In this document: one piece after another, positions 21,353-32,378 of the stretch
Numbering within the stretch: the first letter of the stretch is position 1
Layout of the letters: each line of letters begins with the position of its first letter
From: Cyanophyceae cyanobacterium
GTDB lineage: Bacteria; Cyanobacteriota; Cyanobacteriia; Cyanobacteriales; Laspinemataceae
DNA length: 64,000 nucleotides
Direction: 5' to 3'
NCBI GenBank assembly: GCA_038321985.1
Contig: JBBQFN010000002.1
Span: forward strand, 64,001-128,000
Translations under genes and position numbers: made by a program
Notes under the pieces: generated by a model
What the model was told of the DNA's origin: nothing
Database searches by the model: none
What the model saw: only the letters and a program-made list of their open reading frames with translations

Positions 21353-22726
21353 TTAAACGACCCGAAATTTTTCGACGACGCGATCGAGTTGGACGGAATG
21401 AGAGGCTTTAAAGAGAATGCGATCGCCTTTTTTAACCCAATCTTTGACGCGCTGGACGAGGTGCTCATGGGCATTAGACTGTTCAATATCAATAATTTCT
21501 ATAAACGGTAAACCTTTAGCACCCTTTGCCATTGCTTCGGCTTCTGGAGCATCTGCAAAGATAAACAATCCATCCAAATTTAAGAATTTAGCAACCGTGC
21601 CGATGCGCTGATGAAATTCCAGCGATCGCTCGCCTAATTCTTTCATCGTACCGAGTACCGCAATTTGGCGTTTTCCTTTAGTTTTAGATAGCATTTGTAG
21701 CGCCGCTGTCATTGATTCTAACCCGGCATTATAGGTTTCATCTAAAATAACAATATCGTTTGCTAATTCATATCGTCGCGCTCTTCCCTCGGGTAATTCA
21801 ACGTCTAAACCCGATTTGAGGGGTTCCCAACTCACATTAAGCAGTTTGGCTACGGCTAATGCAGCTAAATAGTTAAGGGCATTATGTTCCCCAGGAAGCG
21901 GCACTGGGAAGGTGATGCCTTCGACTTCTAAAAACTCATCGTCTATTAAGGTTCCCTGCAAGTCTCCCCCGGTTAAACCATAAGTGAGAGTTTTGCCTTG
22001 CCATACCTTGGCAGCAGTTTCCATTAACCGGGAATTGTCGTAATTAAGCACGGCAGTGCCAGAGGGTGACATTTTTTCTAATAATTCACATTTAGCCGAG
22101 GCGATCGCCTCTTCAGAACCCAAGCGTTCAATATGAGCGGTACCGACATTGGTAATTACCGCGATCGTAGGGGCGGCAATTTCTGCTAAAAGGGCAATTT
22201 CCCCTTTTCCTCGCATCGCCATTTCAATCACAGCATAATCATGGTCTGAGGTCAAATTTAAAAGAGTTTTGGGAACCCCTATTTCGTTGTTATAATTCAG
22301 TTCGGTTTTGAGAACCGAACCTTGGGTGTTCAAAACTGCCGAGATTAATTCCTTAGTCGTAGTTTTACCGACGGATCCCGTAATGCCAATGAGGGGAATG
22401 TCAAACTGAGTGCGCCACCACTGGGCGATCGCCTGATACGCTGCCAAAGTATCGGGGACAACTAAGAGGGGCCAATCTGGGTTCGGGCTGGAGTAGTCGC
22501 AGTCCACAATAGCCGTAATCGCCCCCTTCTCGAATGCAGTCCCAATAAACTGATGTCCATCAAATTGTGTTCCCCGTAGAGCTACAAATACCTCCCTGGG
22601 CCTTAACTGGCGCGTATCCGTAATAATACCGAGAGCCTGTTTTGAGTAGAATTCCTCCGCGAGGGGGTAAGCGGGGGTCGCATTCAATAGGGACAGCAGT
22701 TGAGCAAGGTTCACAAAACAAGACAT
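21353..22726 (-). CDS. murF: UDP-N-acetylmuramoyl-tripeptide--D-Ala-D-Ala ligase
   Basis: GITGSVGKTTTKE, NYNNEIGVP, DETYNA, GTMKELG, KASH. Confidence 0.96.
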   Translation of the reverse strand: MSCFVNLAQLLSLLNATPAYPLAEEFYSKQALGIITDTRQLRPREVFVALRGTQFDGHQFIGTAFEKGAITAIVDCDYSSPNPDWPLLVVPDTLAAYQAIAQWWRTQFDIPLIGITGSVGKTTTKELISAVLNTQGSVLKTELNYNNEIGVPKTLLNLTSDHDYAVIEMAMRGKGEIALLAEIAAPTIAVITNVGTAHIERLGSEEAIASAKCELLEKMSPSGTAVLNYDNSRLMETAAKVWQGKTLTYGLTGGDLQGTLIDDEFLEVEGITFPVPLPGEHNALNYLAALAVAKLLNVSWEPLKSGLDVELPEGRARRYELANDIVILDETYNAGLESMTAALQMLSKTKGKRQIAVLGTMKELGERSLEFHQRIGTVAKFLNLDGLFIFADAPEAEAMAKGAKGLPFIEIIDIEQSNAHEHLVQRVKDWVKKGDRILFKASHSVQLDRVVEKFRVV

Positions 22727-23221
22727 GGTGCCAGGGCTTGAATTTAATAAAAGTTAATGATACCATTCCTGAATGCCCGCACCAACTGAGGCGATCGCCT
22801 TGCTCCAACCCGGCGACATGACATATCATAAACGTGTTTTTACTGTCAAGCGAGATGCCTCTTTATTAAAAATCCGTGAATCCCCCCTGGCATCTTCACA
22901 AATTTTTTACGATACTGGATGGTTGAGGCGATCTACCTAGGTTACTCTAATAGATAGAGAACCTATGCATCAGGGACAGCTCAGATCCATTCAAAAGCCC
23001 CCAGAGGCCAACCCACTCTTTTAGAGAGTTTTATTGATCCAGGGTGAACCTAGGGGCCAGAGACTGAGCCGAATCTGTTTGATAGTCATTAAGAAAGCGG
23101 ATTAAATATAAATTATCCATCAAGGTGTGGCAATATTCCACTTGGAAAGATTGTGTATTATTGAAAACGCTCACTCTGGGAAGTTGAATCAAGCCAAACA
23201 TCTGGGCAGGGGGAAAGTAAA

Positions 23222-24508
23222 GTGAATCATCAAACGGATCCTTACAACCGAAAAACAAGCCAGGAGGAGCAGCTACTATACGATCACCTCCTCGATCTGG
23301 TGAAAGCGGAGCCACCGTCCGAGATGATCTCGCGCTTTCAAAGCCTATTTATTGAAGGCCGGGATTACCCAGAAACTGAGATTTCAGGGGCGTTAGGTCG
23401 GATGCTCACCTATAAGGGGATGGAGCAAGATTTTAAGTTTATTCTGAACAGATGTTGCCACATCTTGGTGAATCGCTGGCAAATGCACAGCCAAACTCAA
23501 GACGCGATACCGGAGTTGGTAGCACTGTTTGACGTGCCTGGGGGAAGCTACAATCCCTACAGTCGCTCCCGAAGTGGTAAACAGTTGCACGAGTTGGTGA
23601 AAGAGTTTACCACAACGGATCAGTATCTGACCCTGCGACGGTTGTCCAAAGTCGTACAGCACAGTTCGGAAAGCAGCCCACCCAAAGAGCATCGGCCCCT
23701 GGGGACCTTTATCGATCGCTATCCTTACCTGTACTCCCATTGCCTGCTGAGTGAAGATAGCAGCTACGAACATCAGCAAACCGTGCGAAAAATTCAAGCG
23801 CAACGGCAACGGCAATTTGAAATTAACTTATCTCAATATGTCACCTATCAAGTCCGGCGATCGCAGGTGCGACGGATTGGGAATGTCAATGCTGCCCGAA
23901 ACCTCTCGGTGATTGCCAATCCTACTTTACTCAGCGATCGCGAGCTTTATTATGCCCTCAAAGATTATGTGGGCAAAGCAGAAGGAGGTTGCACTTACCG
24001 GGATTTAGCGCAGAGCTTCATCACCCATAGCAGTCAGACTCCGAACTATGGAGAATTTAAAGCAGATTTATACGACTATCTGATTGGCTCCATCGACCCC
24101 GAATATGGCAAACGCCAATTTAATGACAAATTATGTAAGCATTTAAGGGCGACGCTTCCCCAGAGTGATTCTCAGAAACTCAGCGATTTTCTGATGGTCA
24201 GGACTTGCAGCCAACTCCTTAACTTCTTAGTAGTTGAAAGTTCCCAAAAACCTACCCATTTCCTCTTTCTAGACGTAGTTTCCAATATTGGACCGACCCG
24301 CACGACAGGGATGCTGCTAAAAATCGTCCTGCTCTGTCGAAAGGTTAAACCCTATTTAGAAAAGCGCCTTTCTATCTTGTTTAACCACTATGAAAATTCT
24401 AACAACGATACCATAATTTGGCTTGTTAAAATGTTAGAAAATATCAATGTGGCCTTAAGTACACATTTTGGAGCGCTTGACCTTTCTTTCATGAGCCAAA
24501 TTGCTTAA
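23222..24508 (+). CDS. Conserved hypothetical protein (428 aa, predicted helical)
   Basis: Long ORF with GTG start; no catalytic motif recognised. Confidence 0.85.
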   Translation: MNHQTDPYNRKTSQEEQLLYDHLLDLVKAEPPSEMISRFQSLFIEGRDYPETEISGALGRMLTYKGMEQDFKFILNRCCHILVNRWQMHSQTQDAIPELVALFDVPGGSYNPYSRSRSGKQLHELVKEFTTTDQYLTLRRLSKVVQHSSESSPPKEHRPLGTFIDRYPYLYSHCLLSEDSSYEHQQTVRKIQAQRQRQFEINLSQYVTYQVRRSQVRRIGNVNAARNLSVIANPTLLSDRELYYALKDYVGKAEGGCTYRDLAQSFITHSSQTPNYGEFKADLYDYLIGSIDPEYGKRQFNDKLCKHLRATLPQSDSQKLSDFLMVRTCSQLLNFLVVESSQKPTHFLFLDVVSNIGPTRTTGMLLKIVLLCRKVKPYLEKRLSILFNHYENSNNDTIIWLVKMLENINVALSTHFGALDLSFMSQIA

Positions 24509-24666
24509 AAGATGGTATAAAAGGGGACAATGTAATTAACAAAAAGGGGAAAGGAACGGCTTCTACCGCCAACCTTTAGGCGTTCCCCCTCGATTTCATC
24601 TCCCCGTCTCGGGTCGGTCTGCACTAGGATTGGTAGTGTAGCTCAATTAAGGATAGCCCCCCTTTT

Positions 24667-26199
24667 ATGACTCACGGAGGTGCCAACGAGCACGAGGAGC
24701 AAATCCCCGATTTCAGCAATTCCCCCCTACCCCGGACAGATTTTCCTAATTTAGATGGAGAAATGGACGAGGCGATTTTGTCGTTTGCAGATATTCAGGC
24801 GGACCTGAACTATAAACAAGCCAAAGACGCCCTGCGGGAGTTAGTGGCGAATTTGGACCTGACCCCGGAAGAAAGAGCGGGTCTGGATCCAGAAATTGAG
24901 GGACTCAGTACCATGCTGGATAAACTGGAACGGACGGTTGTGCAAATCGCCGTGTTTGGCATGGTGGGACGGGGCAAATCTTCGATTTTGAATGCCTTGT
25001 TGGGGCAGAATGTCTTTGAAACTGGCCCGATTCATGGGGTAACCCGTACGTCTCAGGGCGTGAATTGGCGAGTCGAGAAATCGCCCCTGGATGGCGGAGA
25101 GGGCAACATTACCCAACTCACCCTTTCTGGAGTCGGACAGTCTCAAATCGAGCTAATTGACACCCCGGGGATTGACGAAGTAGATGGCGAAACCCGGGAA
25201 ATTTTAGCGCAACAGGTGGCATCTCGTGCCGACTTGATTTTATTTGCAGTGGCTGGGGATATCACCCAGGTGGAATATGAAGCCCTGTCCCAGTTGCGGG
25301 ATGCCGGGAAACCGATGTTGCTGATTTTTAACAAAATTGACCAATATCCCGACGCCGATCGCGAGGCGGTTTATCGCAAAATCCGCGATGAGCGCGTGCG
25401 AGAACTGCTCTCCCCGGATGAAATTGTCATGGCAGCAGCAGCCCCCTTAGTGGCCCAAGCCGCACCCCGTAGCGATGGCACGATGGCGGTGCAGATGAAA
25501 CGGGGTTTACCTCAAGTCGAGGAATTAAAATTAAAAATTCTGGAAATTTTAGACCGGGAAGGTAAATCTTTGGTCGCGCTCAATACCTTACTTTATGCCG
25601 GGGATGTGAATGAACAATTGGTTGAGCGCAAGATGCAGATTCGAGACAAGAGTGCCAACCGATTGATTTGGAATGCCGTGATTACAAAAGCCGTGGCGAT
25701 CGCCCTGAATCCCATTACCGCGATCGATATCCTCAGCGGGGCGGTGATTGATGTTGCCACGATTTTGACCTTATCGAAGCTCTATGGCATCCCCATGACC
25801 CAAGCGGGTGCCATCAATCTGCTCAAAAAAATTGCCCTAAGTATGGGCGGAATTAGTGCCAGCGAACTACTCGCTAACCTCGGGTTATCTTCCCTCAAAG
25901 GATTGTTGGGATTAGCGGCACCGGCTACTGGGGGGGCATCTTTAGTTCCCTATCTGTCAGTTGCCATTACCCAAGCCGGTGTCGCTGGGTTTTCATCCTA
26001 CGCCATTGGTCAAGTCACCAAAACCTACCTTGCTAATGGGGCTTCTTGGGGACCGGATGGCCCAAAAGCTGTGGTGACCCGCATCATTAATTCCCTAGAT
26101 GAAACCACCATTATGGGTCGGATTAAGGAAGAACTCCAAGAGAAACTTCTAAAAGTGAGACAAAGGGGAAAAAATCAAGGCTCAAGTGAGGTAGGCTAA
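24667..26199 (+). CDS. Era-like GTPase with C-terminal DUF697/YcjF-like domain
   Basis: G1 GMVGRGKSS, G3 DTPG, G4 NKID; hydrophobic C-terminus. Confidence 0.88.
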   Translation: MTHGGANEHEEQIPDFSNSPLPRTDFPNLDGEMDEAILSFADIQADLNYKQAKDALRELVANLDLTPEERAGLDPEIEGLSTMLDKLERTVVQIAVFGMVGRGKSSILNALLGQNVFETGPIHGVTRTSQGVNWRVEKSPLDGGEGNITQLTLSGVGQSQIELIDTPGIDEVDGETREILAQQVASRADLILFAVAGDITQVEYEALSQLRDAGKPMLLIFNKIDQYPDADREAVYRKIRDERVRELLSPDEIVMAAAAPLVAQAAPRSDGTMAVQMKRGLPQVEELKLKILEILDREGKSLVALNTLLYAGDVNEQLVERKMQIRDKSANRLIWNAVITKAVAIALNPITAIDILSGAVIDVATILTLSKLYGIPMTQAGAINLLKKIALSMGGISASELLANLGLSSLKGLLGLAAPATGGASLVPYLSVAITQAGVAGFSSYAIGQVTKTYLANGASWGPDGPKAVVTRIINSLDETTIMGRIKEELQEKLLKVRQRGKNQGSSEVG

Positions 26200-26286
26200 A
26201 ACTTTTTTATCAGGGCTTTACCCTGAAGAACCCAATATTTCTCACTTAAAGAAAGATACTTAAATCAGGGTACTTTACCCGTTTCG

Positions 26287-27987
26287 TTATTTTTCTTGTC
26301 GTTGTTTGAAATCATTGCGCCATTCTCGCAACTGCTCCGAGGCCACCTCTCGTCCCCCTAACCCAAAAGCTAAGGCAATGCCAACGGCGACTGCACCAAA
26401 CAGCAATCCAAATGCCAAGTTAACAATATGAGGTGCAATCCCCATTTGTTGGAGTGCCATCGCACCGGCGAGGGCAATAATCGCAATTCGAGCCGCTTGA
26501 GCCAGCAGTTGCGATTGGGAGCCTCGGGAACCGGAAATGACATGGTAAGCCAGGTTTGCCAAGTAAAGGCCAATGCCAAAGACAATCAAACCGACGAGAA
26601 CCTGACCGGCAATCACCAGTAGACCCTGCATAATCACCGTGAGGGCTGCCAATTGCAGGACTTCCGTCGCTGCCACGGCCCCAAAGAGCATAATGCCCAC
26701 CCACGTGACAATCCCGACAATTTCTGCCGGAGTTCTAGTGGGAGTGGAAGAGAAAGAAGAAGGTTGAACCACGGTCTGTTGACCCGATCGCATATCCGGT
26801 GCGTCTGCCGGTGGGGGTGGGGGAGGATTACCGCTCGGGGTTGTGGGTAGACCCAGCCAGGAGAAGATATTGTTAAAGCCGATGCTGCGCAGAATCCGGA
26901 TGATAATATCCGAGGCGAACTTAGCGATCGCATAAAATAACGCCAAAATTAGCCCTGCGGTCAAAATCAGGGGAATGGCGAATAAGATTTGGGACAGCAT
27001 GGCGATCGCCGGAACGGAGATCGCAGCGATTTCCAACGCATTTAACGCGGCGATCGCAGTTGGAATCAAAATCAAGACATAGACAATTGTCCCAATCAGT
27101 TGAGACAGAGACATCCCGTCTTGAGTCCGGGACAGTCCCAATCGAGCACCTAGGCGATCGGTTCCCGTAGCAGCCAGCAGGTTCGTGACAATGTCGCGAA
27201 CGATCCGGGCCACAAACCAACCGACAACCCCAATAATCAGGGCCGTCAGAATTTTGGGCACTGCCGACAGAAAGTCATTAACTAAGTTCTGTACAGGCAG
27301 CACATTTAATTCTAAGACAATCAGAATCTGGGGCAGAAAGAACAGAAAGATAAACCAGTATAAGGCATTGCCGAGGGTTTCATTGAGTAAAAACCGGCTT
27401 TCCCCATCGGTCTGTCCCGATTGTTCTGCAAACCTTTCATCTAATCGAAACGGTGCTAAACCTCGGGTCAGCAAGAGTTTGGCCAGGGTTGCCAATGCCC
27501 AGGCCACACCCAACAGAACTGCAGCACCGCCAATCTTCGGTAGGTATGCAAAAATCTGTTCTAAGAACCGATTCAGGGGTTGGGAAACCACCTCCAGGTT
27601 TAGGGCCTGTAGAAAGGCGACCAAGACAAAAATCATGATCAGCCAGTAGACCGTATTCGAGATCCACTTTTCCGTAGGAGGCAGGGGTTCTCCCGGTGCT
27701 CGTCCCATGACGGCACTGGCAACCCGGTTGTCCAAATTTGTGCTGTTCAGGGCCTTTTTAAGCAGCAGTGCCACAACCGAGGCGACTAGCCAGCCACCGA
27801 TTAAAATGGCGAGCGCTCCTAATAAGCTAGGCAGGAATGACCCCAGTTGTATCAACAGGGCTTGAATAAATCCTGTAATGTTCCCCAAAGCAAAGCCAGA
27901 CGCGAATCCTGGTTCCTGAGCCAGCAGAGCTTCAGGGCTTAAACTTCCCCGCGCCATTGCTGATATTCCGTGCAAAATTCCATCCAT
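26287..27987 (-). CDS. Conserved TM-helix repeat membrane protein (MscS/CmpX-related)
   Basis: Repeated (Y/F)LPxxxxAxxIxxxGWxxA TM units; C-terminal AFGLGGREVA. Confidence 0.85.
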   Translation of the reverse strand: MDGILHGISAMARGSLSPEALLAQEPGFASGFALGNITGFIQALLIQLGSFLPSLLGALAILIGGWLVASVVALLLKKALNSTNLDNRVASAVMGRAPGEPLPPTEKWISNTVYWLIMIFVLVAFLQALNLEVVSQPLNRFLEQIFAYLPKIGGAAVLLGVAWALATLAKLLLTRGLAPFRLDERFAEQSGQTDGESRFLLNETLGNALYWFIFLFFLPQILIVLELNVLPVQNLVNDFLSAVPKILTALIIGVVGWFVARIVRDIVTNLLAATGTDRLGARLGLSRTQDGMSLSQLIGTIVYVLILIPTAIAALNALEIAAISVPAIAMLSQILFAIPLILTAGLILALFYAIAKFASDIIIRILRSIGFNNIFSWLGLPTTPSGNPPPPPPADAPDMRSGQQTVVQPSSFSSTPTRTPAEIVGIVTWVGIMLFGAVAATEVLQLAALTVIMQGLLVIAGQVLVGLIVFGIGLYLANLAYHVISGSRGSQSQLLAQAARIAIIALAGAMALQQMGIAPHIVNLAFGLLFGAVAVGIALAFGLGGREVASEQLREWRNDFKQRQEK

Positions 27988-28362
27988 AAGGTGATTTGAG
28001 TGTACTTTCGATATGACGGTTCAACAGACTCTATCATCGAGTAAATGCTAATTAGTGCATTTGCCCCTATCCTACAGGGCTATGCATCTTTTGCTGTAGT
28101 CTATGGCATAGTTTGCGTTTTTTCAAACTCTCACCGGAGGCTGATCAAACGCTTTCTGCTTCAATTGTTCCTAACTAAAATTTAGATTAAGGACGATTGG
28201 GCCCAAAATATTAGAACTGTAGTGATTTGTAACAATTCTGTCCCAGTCTGGGGTAAGGGTCGGCTCCCTTCTGCCGCCGATTCACCCCTCAAAGCACTCT
28301 CTTAGAAGAGAGGGATTCCCTTTTTAATGTAGATTTTTGTAACAACTTGTCATAATTCAATC

Positions 28363-28818
28363 ATGTCATCTCAAGTCTTTGAACAGTCCATTCAAATTCA
28401 GGCCAGCCCTACCGTGGTTGATCACTGCATCACGGATCAGGTATTAATGCACCAGTGGTTAAACCCCGCCTTGCGCTGCGAACCCATTGGCGAATGGGAT
28501 ACCCAGGTGGGGAGTCGTAGTCGTTTTATCGTCAATATTCCCCTGTTGCAACCGAGTTTAAATTGTGTTGTGCAACAGCGAGAACCGGGGTTGATTGTGT
28601 GGGAGTTTCAGGGATTTTTTCAGGGTTGCGATCGCTGGGATTGTCAAAGCGACGGCACCCAGACTCGACTCCTTAACCGCTTTGAATTTGAGATTCCCAA
28701 CCGGGCAGTCGCCTGGGGCTTCAATCTGTTTGCAGCCACCTGGACCCGCAAAGATATGCAGGCCCAACTCCGTCGGCTTAAAGACCTTGCTGAAGAAATC
28801 GCACCCAAAATTACCTGA
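28363..28818 (+). CDS. SRPBCC (polyketide cyclase-like) protein
   Basis: Size and pattern: FEQSIQI...W...C-terminal helix QLRRLK. Confidence 0.8.
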   Translation: MSSQVFEQSIQIQASPTVVDHCITDQVLMHQWLNPALRCEPIGEWDTQVGSRSRFIVNIPLLQPSLNCVVQQREPGLIVWEFQGFFQGCDRWDCQSDGTQTRLLNRFEFEIPNRAVAWGFNLFAATWTRKDMQAQLRRLKDLAEEIAPKIT

Positions 28819-28900
28819 CTTTAAATCCGGTAAAAATTGCTGACAAATCTTGACAAATTTGATGTTATATGTTTTAAAAATGATAGAAACTAAAGTGGCT

Positions 28901-29731
28901 TCAGTCATTCTCCGGGGAACGGATGCGATGGAGAATTTGGCGAATCACGCCGGCATCCTCTCCCTCGGGAACCATACCCAAATAGGTTTGTAGATCGTGA
29001 CGAGCTTCGGTCCATCGCCCATTTTGATAGTAAAAAAGACCGCGATCGCGCAACTCCAAAGGCGCATCGGGAAACAACAACAAAATCCGTTCAATCGCCC
29101 CTAGACATTTATCCGAATCACCCTGATTTAGATAAATCATCTTTAAATTGGTCAGCATCCGCGCCAAAAACTGCTTGCGCGTCACCGGGGTTAAAAAGTC
29201 CGGGCGTATTGCTACTTCCGGTCCGTAAATTTGCTGTAGACGTTGTTCACAATCCTCCTGAAACAACACCTCTCCCCGATTAAACGCATCTACAAAAATA
29301 CCCACCCCTTCAAACTCAGGGCGAATTAAAAAATGTCCGGGCATTCCAATTCCCACCATTGGAAAATTTAGACGCCCCGCAATTTCTATGTAAATTAACG
29401 CTAAAGTAATTGGAATGCCAGTCCGACGGGCGATCGCATCATTGAGGAAGCTATTGCAAGGGTCATAATAATCCCTTGTATTGCCGGTAAAACCCAACTC
29501 GTCGTAAAGGTAGTCATTGATAGATTTGATAATTTGTAAGGGATAGCGTTTATCCCTCAATCGTTGGGCCACCTCTGCTGCCATCACATCTAACACATTT
29601 AGATATTCCGCTGGATCTAGCGAAGGATATTCTTCTTGCGCGATGTACAGCGCCGCCTTGGCGAGATCAATTTGTTCGTCGTTTTGGTGAATCTCTTGGT
29701 AGAAGGATTGCCGCGCTAGGGGAAAGTTCAT
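28901..29731 (-). CDS. SirB1/transglutaminase-like protein with TPR
   Basis: YYDPCNSFLN, RRTGIPITL, GMPGHFL, RDRGL. Confidence 0.9.
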   Translation of the reverse strand: MNFPLARQSFYQEIHQNDEQIDLAKAALYIAQEEYPSLDPAEYLNVLDVMAAEVAQRLRDKRYPLQIIKSINDYLYDELGFTGNTRDYYDPCNSFLNDAIARRTGIPITLALIYIEIAGRLNFPMVGIGMPGHFLIRPEFEGVGIFVDAFNRGEVLFQEDCEQRLQQIYGPEVAIRPDFLTPVTRKQFLARMLTNLKMIYLNQGDSDKCLGAIERILLLFPDAPLELRDRGLFYYQNGRWTEARHDLQTYLGMVPEGEDAGVIRQILHRIRSPEND

Positions 29732-29928
29732 TTTAATTTAAACTATTAAATAGGATTGCCCTCGGGTATAGAGGCGATCGCGCCTATCTCCCCCCGAAGA
29801 TAGCAAAAAATCGGACCCGCTGACTATTTTTCCGCTGCCGGACTTCATCGCCTGAAATACCCCAGGCACAGGAGAAAACACGAGGGCGATCGCTCCGTCG
29901 TCCCCCTAAGCGCTTACAATTAATCTTT

Positions 29929-30795
29929 ATGACTATTTTTACCCTACCTCTAGCCCTGACATTCGCTTCCCCAGGTCCAATCCTCATCGAAATCGGACCC
30001 CTAACCATCCGTTGGTATGGGTTCTTAATTGCGACTGCCGTCTTAATTGGCGTCACTCTCTCCCAATCCCTTGCTAAACGCCGAAACGTCAATCCCGACC
30101 TTTTGGGTGACCTCATCCTCTGGTTGGTTATTGGCGCTATTCCCTTAGCACGCCTCTATTATGTCCTGTTTCAATGGCAGAACTACGCCGACAAACCGGG
30201 CCAAATCTTTGCAATCTGGAAAGGTGGCATTGCCATTCACGGCGCAATTATTGGAGGGACAATCGCCACTCTGATTTTTGCCCGACTCAAACGAATTTCC
30301 TTTTGGCAATTAGCCGATTTAGTCGCCCCCTCTGTGATTTTAGGTCAGGCGATCGGACGGTGGGGAAACTTCTTTAATTCTGAAGCCTTCGGAAGACCGA
30401 CAAATTTACCCTGGAAACTTTACATTCCCCCGGAATCTCGTCCGTTTCAATATATCGGCGAGCAATACTTCCATCCCACTTTTTTATATGAATCCCTTTG
30501 GAATCTTGCCTTATTTGCTTTTTTACTGTTTTTATTCTTTCGGGATCTTCAAGGTAAACCCCGCTTAAAAGTCGGGACCTTAATCTTAGTTTATATGGCA
30601 CTTTATAGCTGCGGTCGCTTCTGGATTGAAGGGTTGCGACTGGATAGCTTAATGTTCGGTCCCTTACGAATGGCCCAGTTTGTCAGTTTAGCCGGAATCA
30701 TTTTAGGAATAGCGGGTTTAATCTGGCTTTATGGATTCAATCGCCCTTTGCCTGATGTCGTATCTCGAAGTAGTAGCGAACCCTCTTCTTCTTAA
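29929..30795 (+). CDS. lgt: Prolipoprotein diacylglyceryl transferase
   Basis: [32 protein letters not shown]. Confidence 0.97.
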   Translation: MTIFTLPLALTFASPGPILIEIGPLTIRWYGFLIATAVLIGVTLSQSLAKRRNVNPDLLGDLILWLVIGAIPLARLYYVLFQWQNYADKPGQIFAIWKGGIAIHGAIIGGTIATLIFARLKRISFWQLADLVAPSVILGQAIGRWGNFFNSEAFGRPTNLPWKLYIPPESRPFQYIGEQYFHPTFLYESLWNLALFAFLLFLFFRDLQGKPRLKVGTLILVYMALYSCGRFWIEGLRLDSLMFGPLRMAQFVSLAGIILGIAGLIWLYGFNRPLPDVVSRSSSEPSSS

Positions 30796-30810
30796 AATTC
30801 CCAAAAAACC

Positions 30811-30859
30811 AAAAAAAAACCCTAGAAAAATCTAGGGTTGAACCAGGGTGCATCTACCA
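30811..30859 (-). ncRNA. Putative NsiR1-like small RNA, copy 2
   Basis: Minus strand TGGTAGATGCACCCTGGTTCAACCCTAGATTTTTCTAGGGTTTTTTTTT: shared core, hairpin and U-tract. Confidence 0.55.
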
Positions 30860-30866
30860 GTGCTTG

Positions 30867-30895
30867 ATTACCTCATCCCTCGGGTAATATCCGGA
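30867..30895 (-). promoter_or_regulatory. DIF1-like promoter: TCCGGA (30890-30895), 18 nt, then GTAAT
   Basis: TCCGGA lies about 32-37 nt upstream of the GGTAGATGCACC core, the position known for DIF1 motifs in NsiR1 promoters. Confidence 0.5.
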
Positions 30896-30929
30896 ACCTT
30901 CCCCACTCTTTCCCTTTTTTTGTTTTAGT

Positions 30930-31772
30930 TTGATGTCAAAATCCCAGTCAACTGTCCCGAATCAATCGAGTCCAACTGTACTCAAACCAGCCGTTTATAT
31001 TGTGGGTGCCGGACCGGGTGACCCAGATTTATTAACCGTTAAAGCGCAAAAAATCCTGGCGATCGCCGATACTATTCTCTACGCCGACTCTTTAGTTCCC
31101 AAACAGATTTTGGAAGGCGTCCGCCCCGATGCCGAAGTTATTCCCACGGGCAATAAAACCCTGGAAGATATCTTACCCATCATGATTGACCGAGTGCGCC
31201 AAGGTCGCTCCGTCGTGCGCCTGCATTCCGGGGACCCCAGTCTCTACAGTGCCATATCGGAACAAATGCACGCCTTAGCCGATGCCGATATTCCCTGTGA
31301 AATTATCCCCGGGATTAGTGCTTTTCAAGCGGCAGCGGCCAAACTCAACCTGGAACTCACCATCCCAGCACTGGTGCAAACCATCATCCTCACCCGAGTC
31401 AGTGGTCGAGCTTCCTCCGTCCCGGAATCGGAAGAATTAGCCGCGTTAGCAGCACATAAGGCTAGTTTGTGCCTATATCTGAGCGCCCGCCACATTGAAG
31501 AGGCTCAGTCCAAACTGATGGAACATTATCCCGCAGAAATGCCCATTGCCATCTGCTACCGGATTGGATGGCCCGATGAAAAAATTGTGGTAGTGCCTCT
31601 AAAAGAGATGGCCCGAGTCACCCAGGCCGAAAATTTGATTCGGACCACCCTTTATTTAATTAGTCCGGCCCTAGCAGAAGCGAAAACGCAATCCGGGAGC
31701 GAAATCCCGCGATCGCGCCTCTACCATCCTGAACACAGCCACCTGTTTCGACCTAACTCGCGGCAGGGATGA
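30930..31772 (+). CDS. cobM: Precorrin-4 C11-methyltransferase
   Basis: VGAGPGDPDLLT, VRLHSGDPSLY, QTIILTR. Confidence 0.94.
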   Translation: MMSKSQSTVPNQSSPTVLKPAVYIVGAGPGDPDLLTVKAQKILAIADTILYADSLVPKQILEGVRPDAEVIPTGNKTLEDILPIMIDRVRQGRSVVRLHSGDPSLYSAISEQMHALADADIPCEIIPGISAFQAAAAKLNLELTIPALVQTIILTRVSGRASSVPESEELAALAAHKASLCLYLSARHIEEAQSKLMEHYPAEMPIAICYRIGWPDEKIVVVPLKEMARVTQAENLIRTTLYLISPALAEAKTQSGSEIPRSRLYHPEHSHLFRPNSRQG

Positions 31773-31834
31773 TGCCCCGTCGGATACTCTAATATAAATG
31801 ACCATCAGTTCTGTATCGAGAGATAGGTAAAGCC

Positions 31835-32314
31835 TTGCTAGACGAACAAGCGAAAAAAACAATCCTCAGAAAGATTCCCCACGGACTCTATGTTTGCGGT
31901 GTCAAAGACGGCGAGAATGTTAACGGTTTCACCGCCAGTTGGGTGATGCAAGGTTCCTTTGAACCCCCGTTAGTCATCAACTGCGTTAAACACGACTCCG
32001 GGTCCCACGCCATGATTGAAGCCAGTGGCGTCTTTGCCCTGAGTGTATTAGAAGCCGGACAAAAAGACTTAGCCCAAAAATTCTTTAAACCCCAACGGCG
32101 AGTGGGGAATAAGTTTGAAGATGTAGAGTTTTATTTGGGGGAAACCGGCTGTCCGATTATCTCCGACTCTTTGGGGTATGTGGAATGTAACGTCGTGGGT
32201 TCGGTGAAAAAGGGTGATCACACCGTCTTTGTCGGCGAAGTGATTGCCGCAGGAGTCCACCGGGAAGGAGAGCCTTTATTGCTAGAAAGCACCGGGTGGA
32301 ATTACGGCGGATAA
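31835..32314 (+). CDS. Flavin reductase family protein
   Basis: NGFTASWV..SFEPPL, GDHTVFVGEV; TTG start. Confidence 0.9.
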   Translation: MLDEQAKKTILRKIPHGLYVCGVKDGENVNGFTASWVMQGSFEPPLVINCVKHDSGSHAMIEASGVFALSVLEAGQKDLAQKFFKPQRRVGNKFEDVEFYLGETGCPIISDSLGYVECNVVGSVKKGDHTVFVGEVIAAGVHREGEPLLLESTGWNYGG

Positions 32315-32378
32315 TGGGCTAGAGAGTTTCCCACCGATCCCAATTTAAATCACCAAGACGCACGTTAGAAGGTCAATT

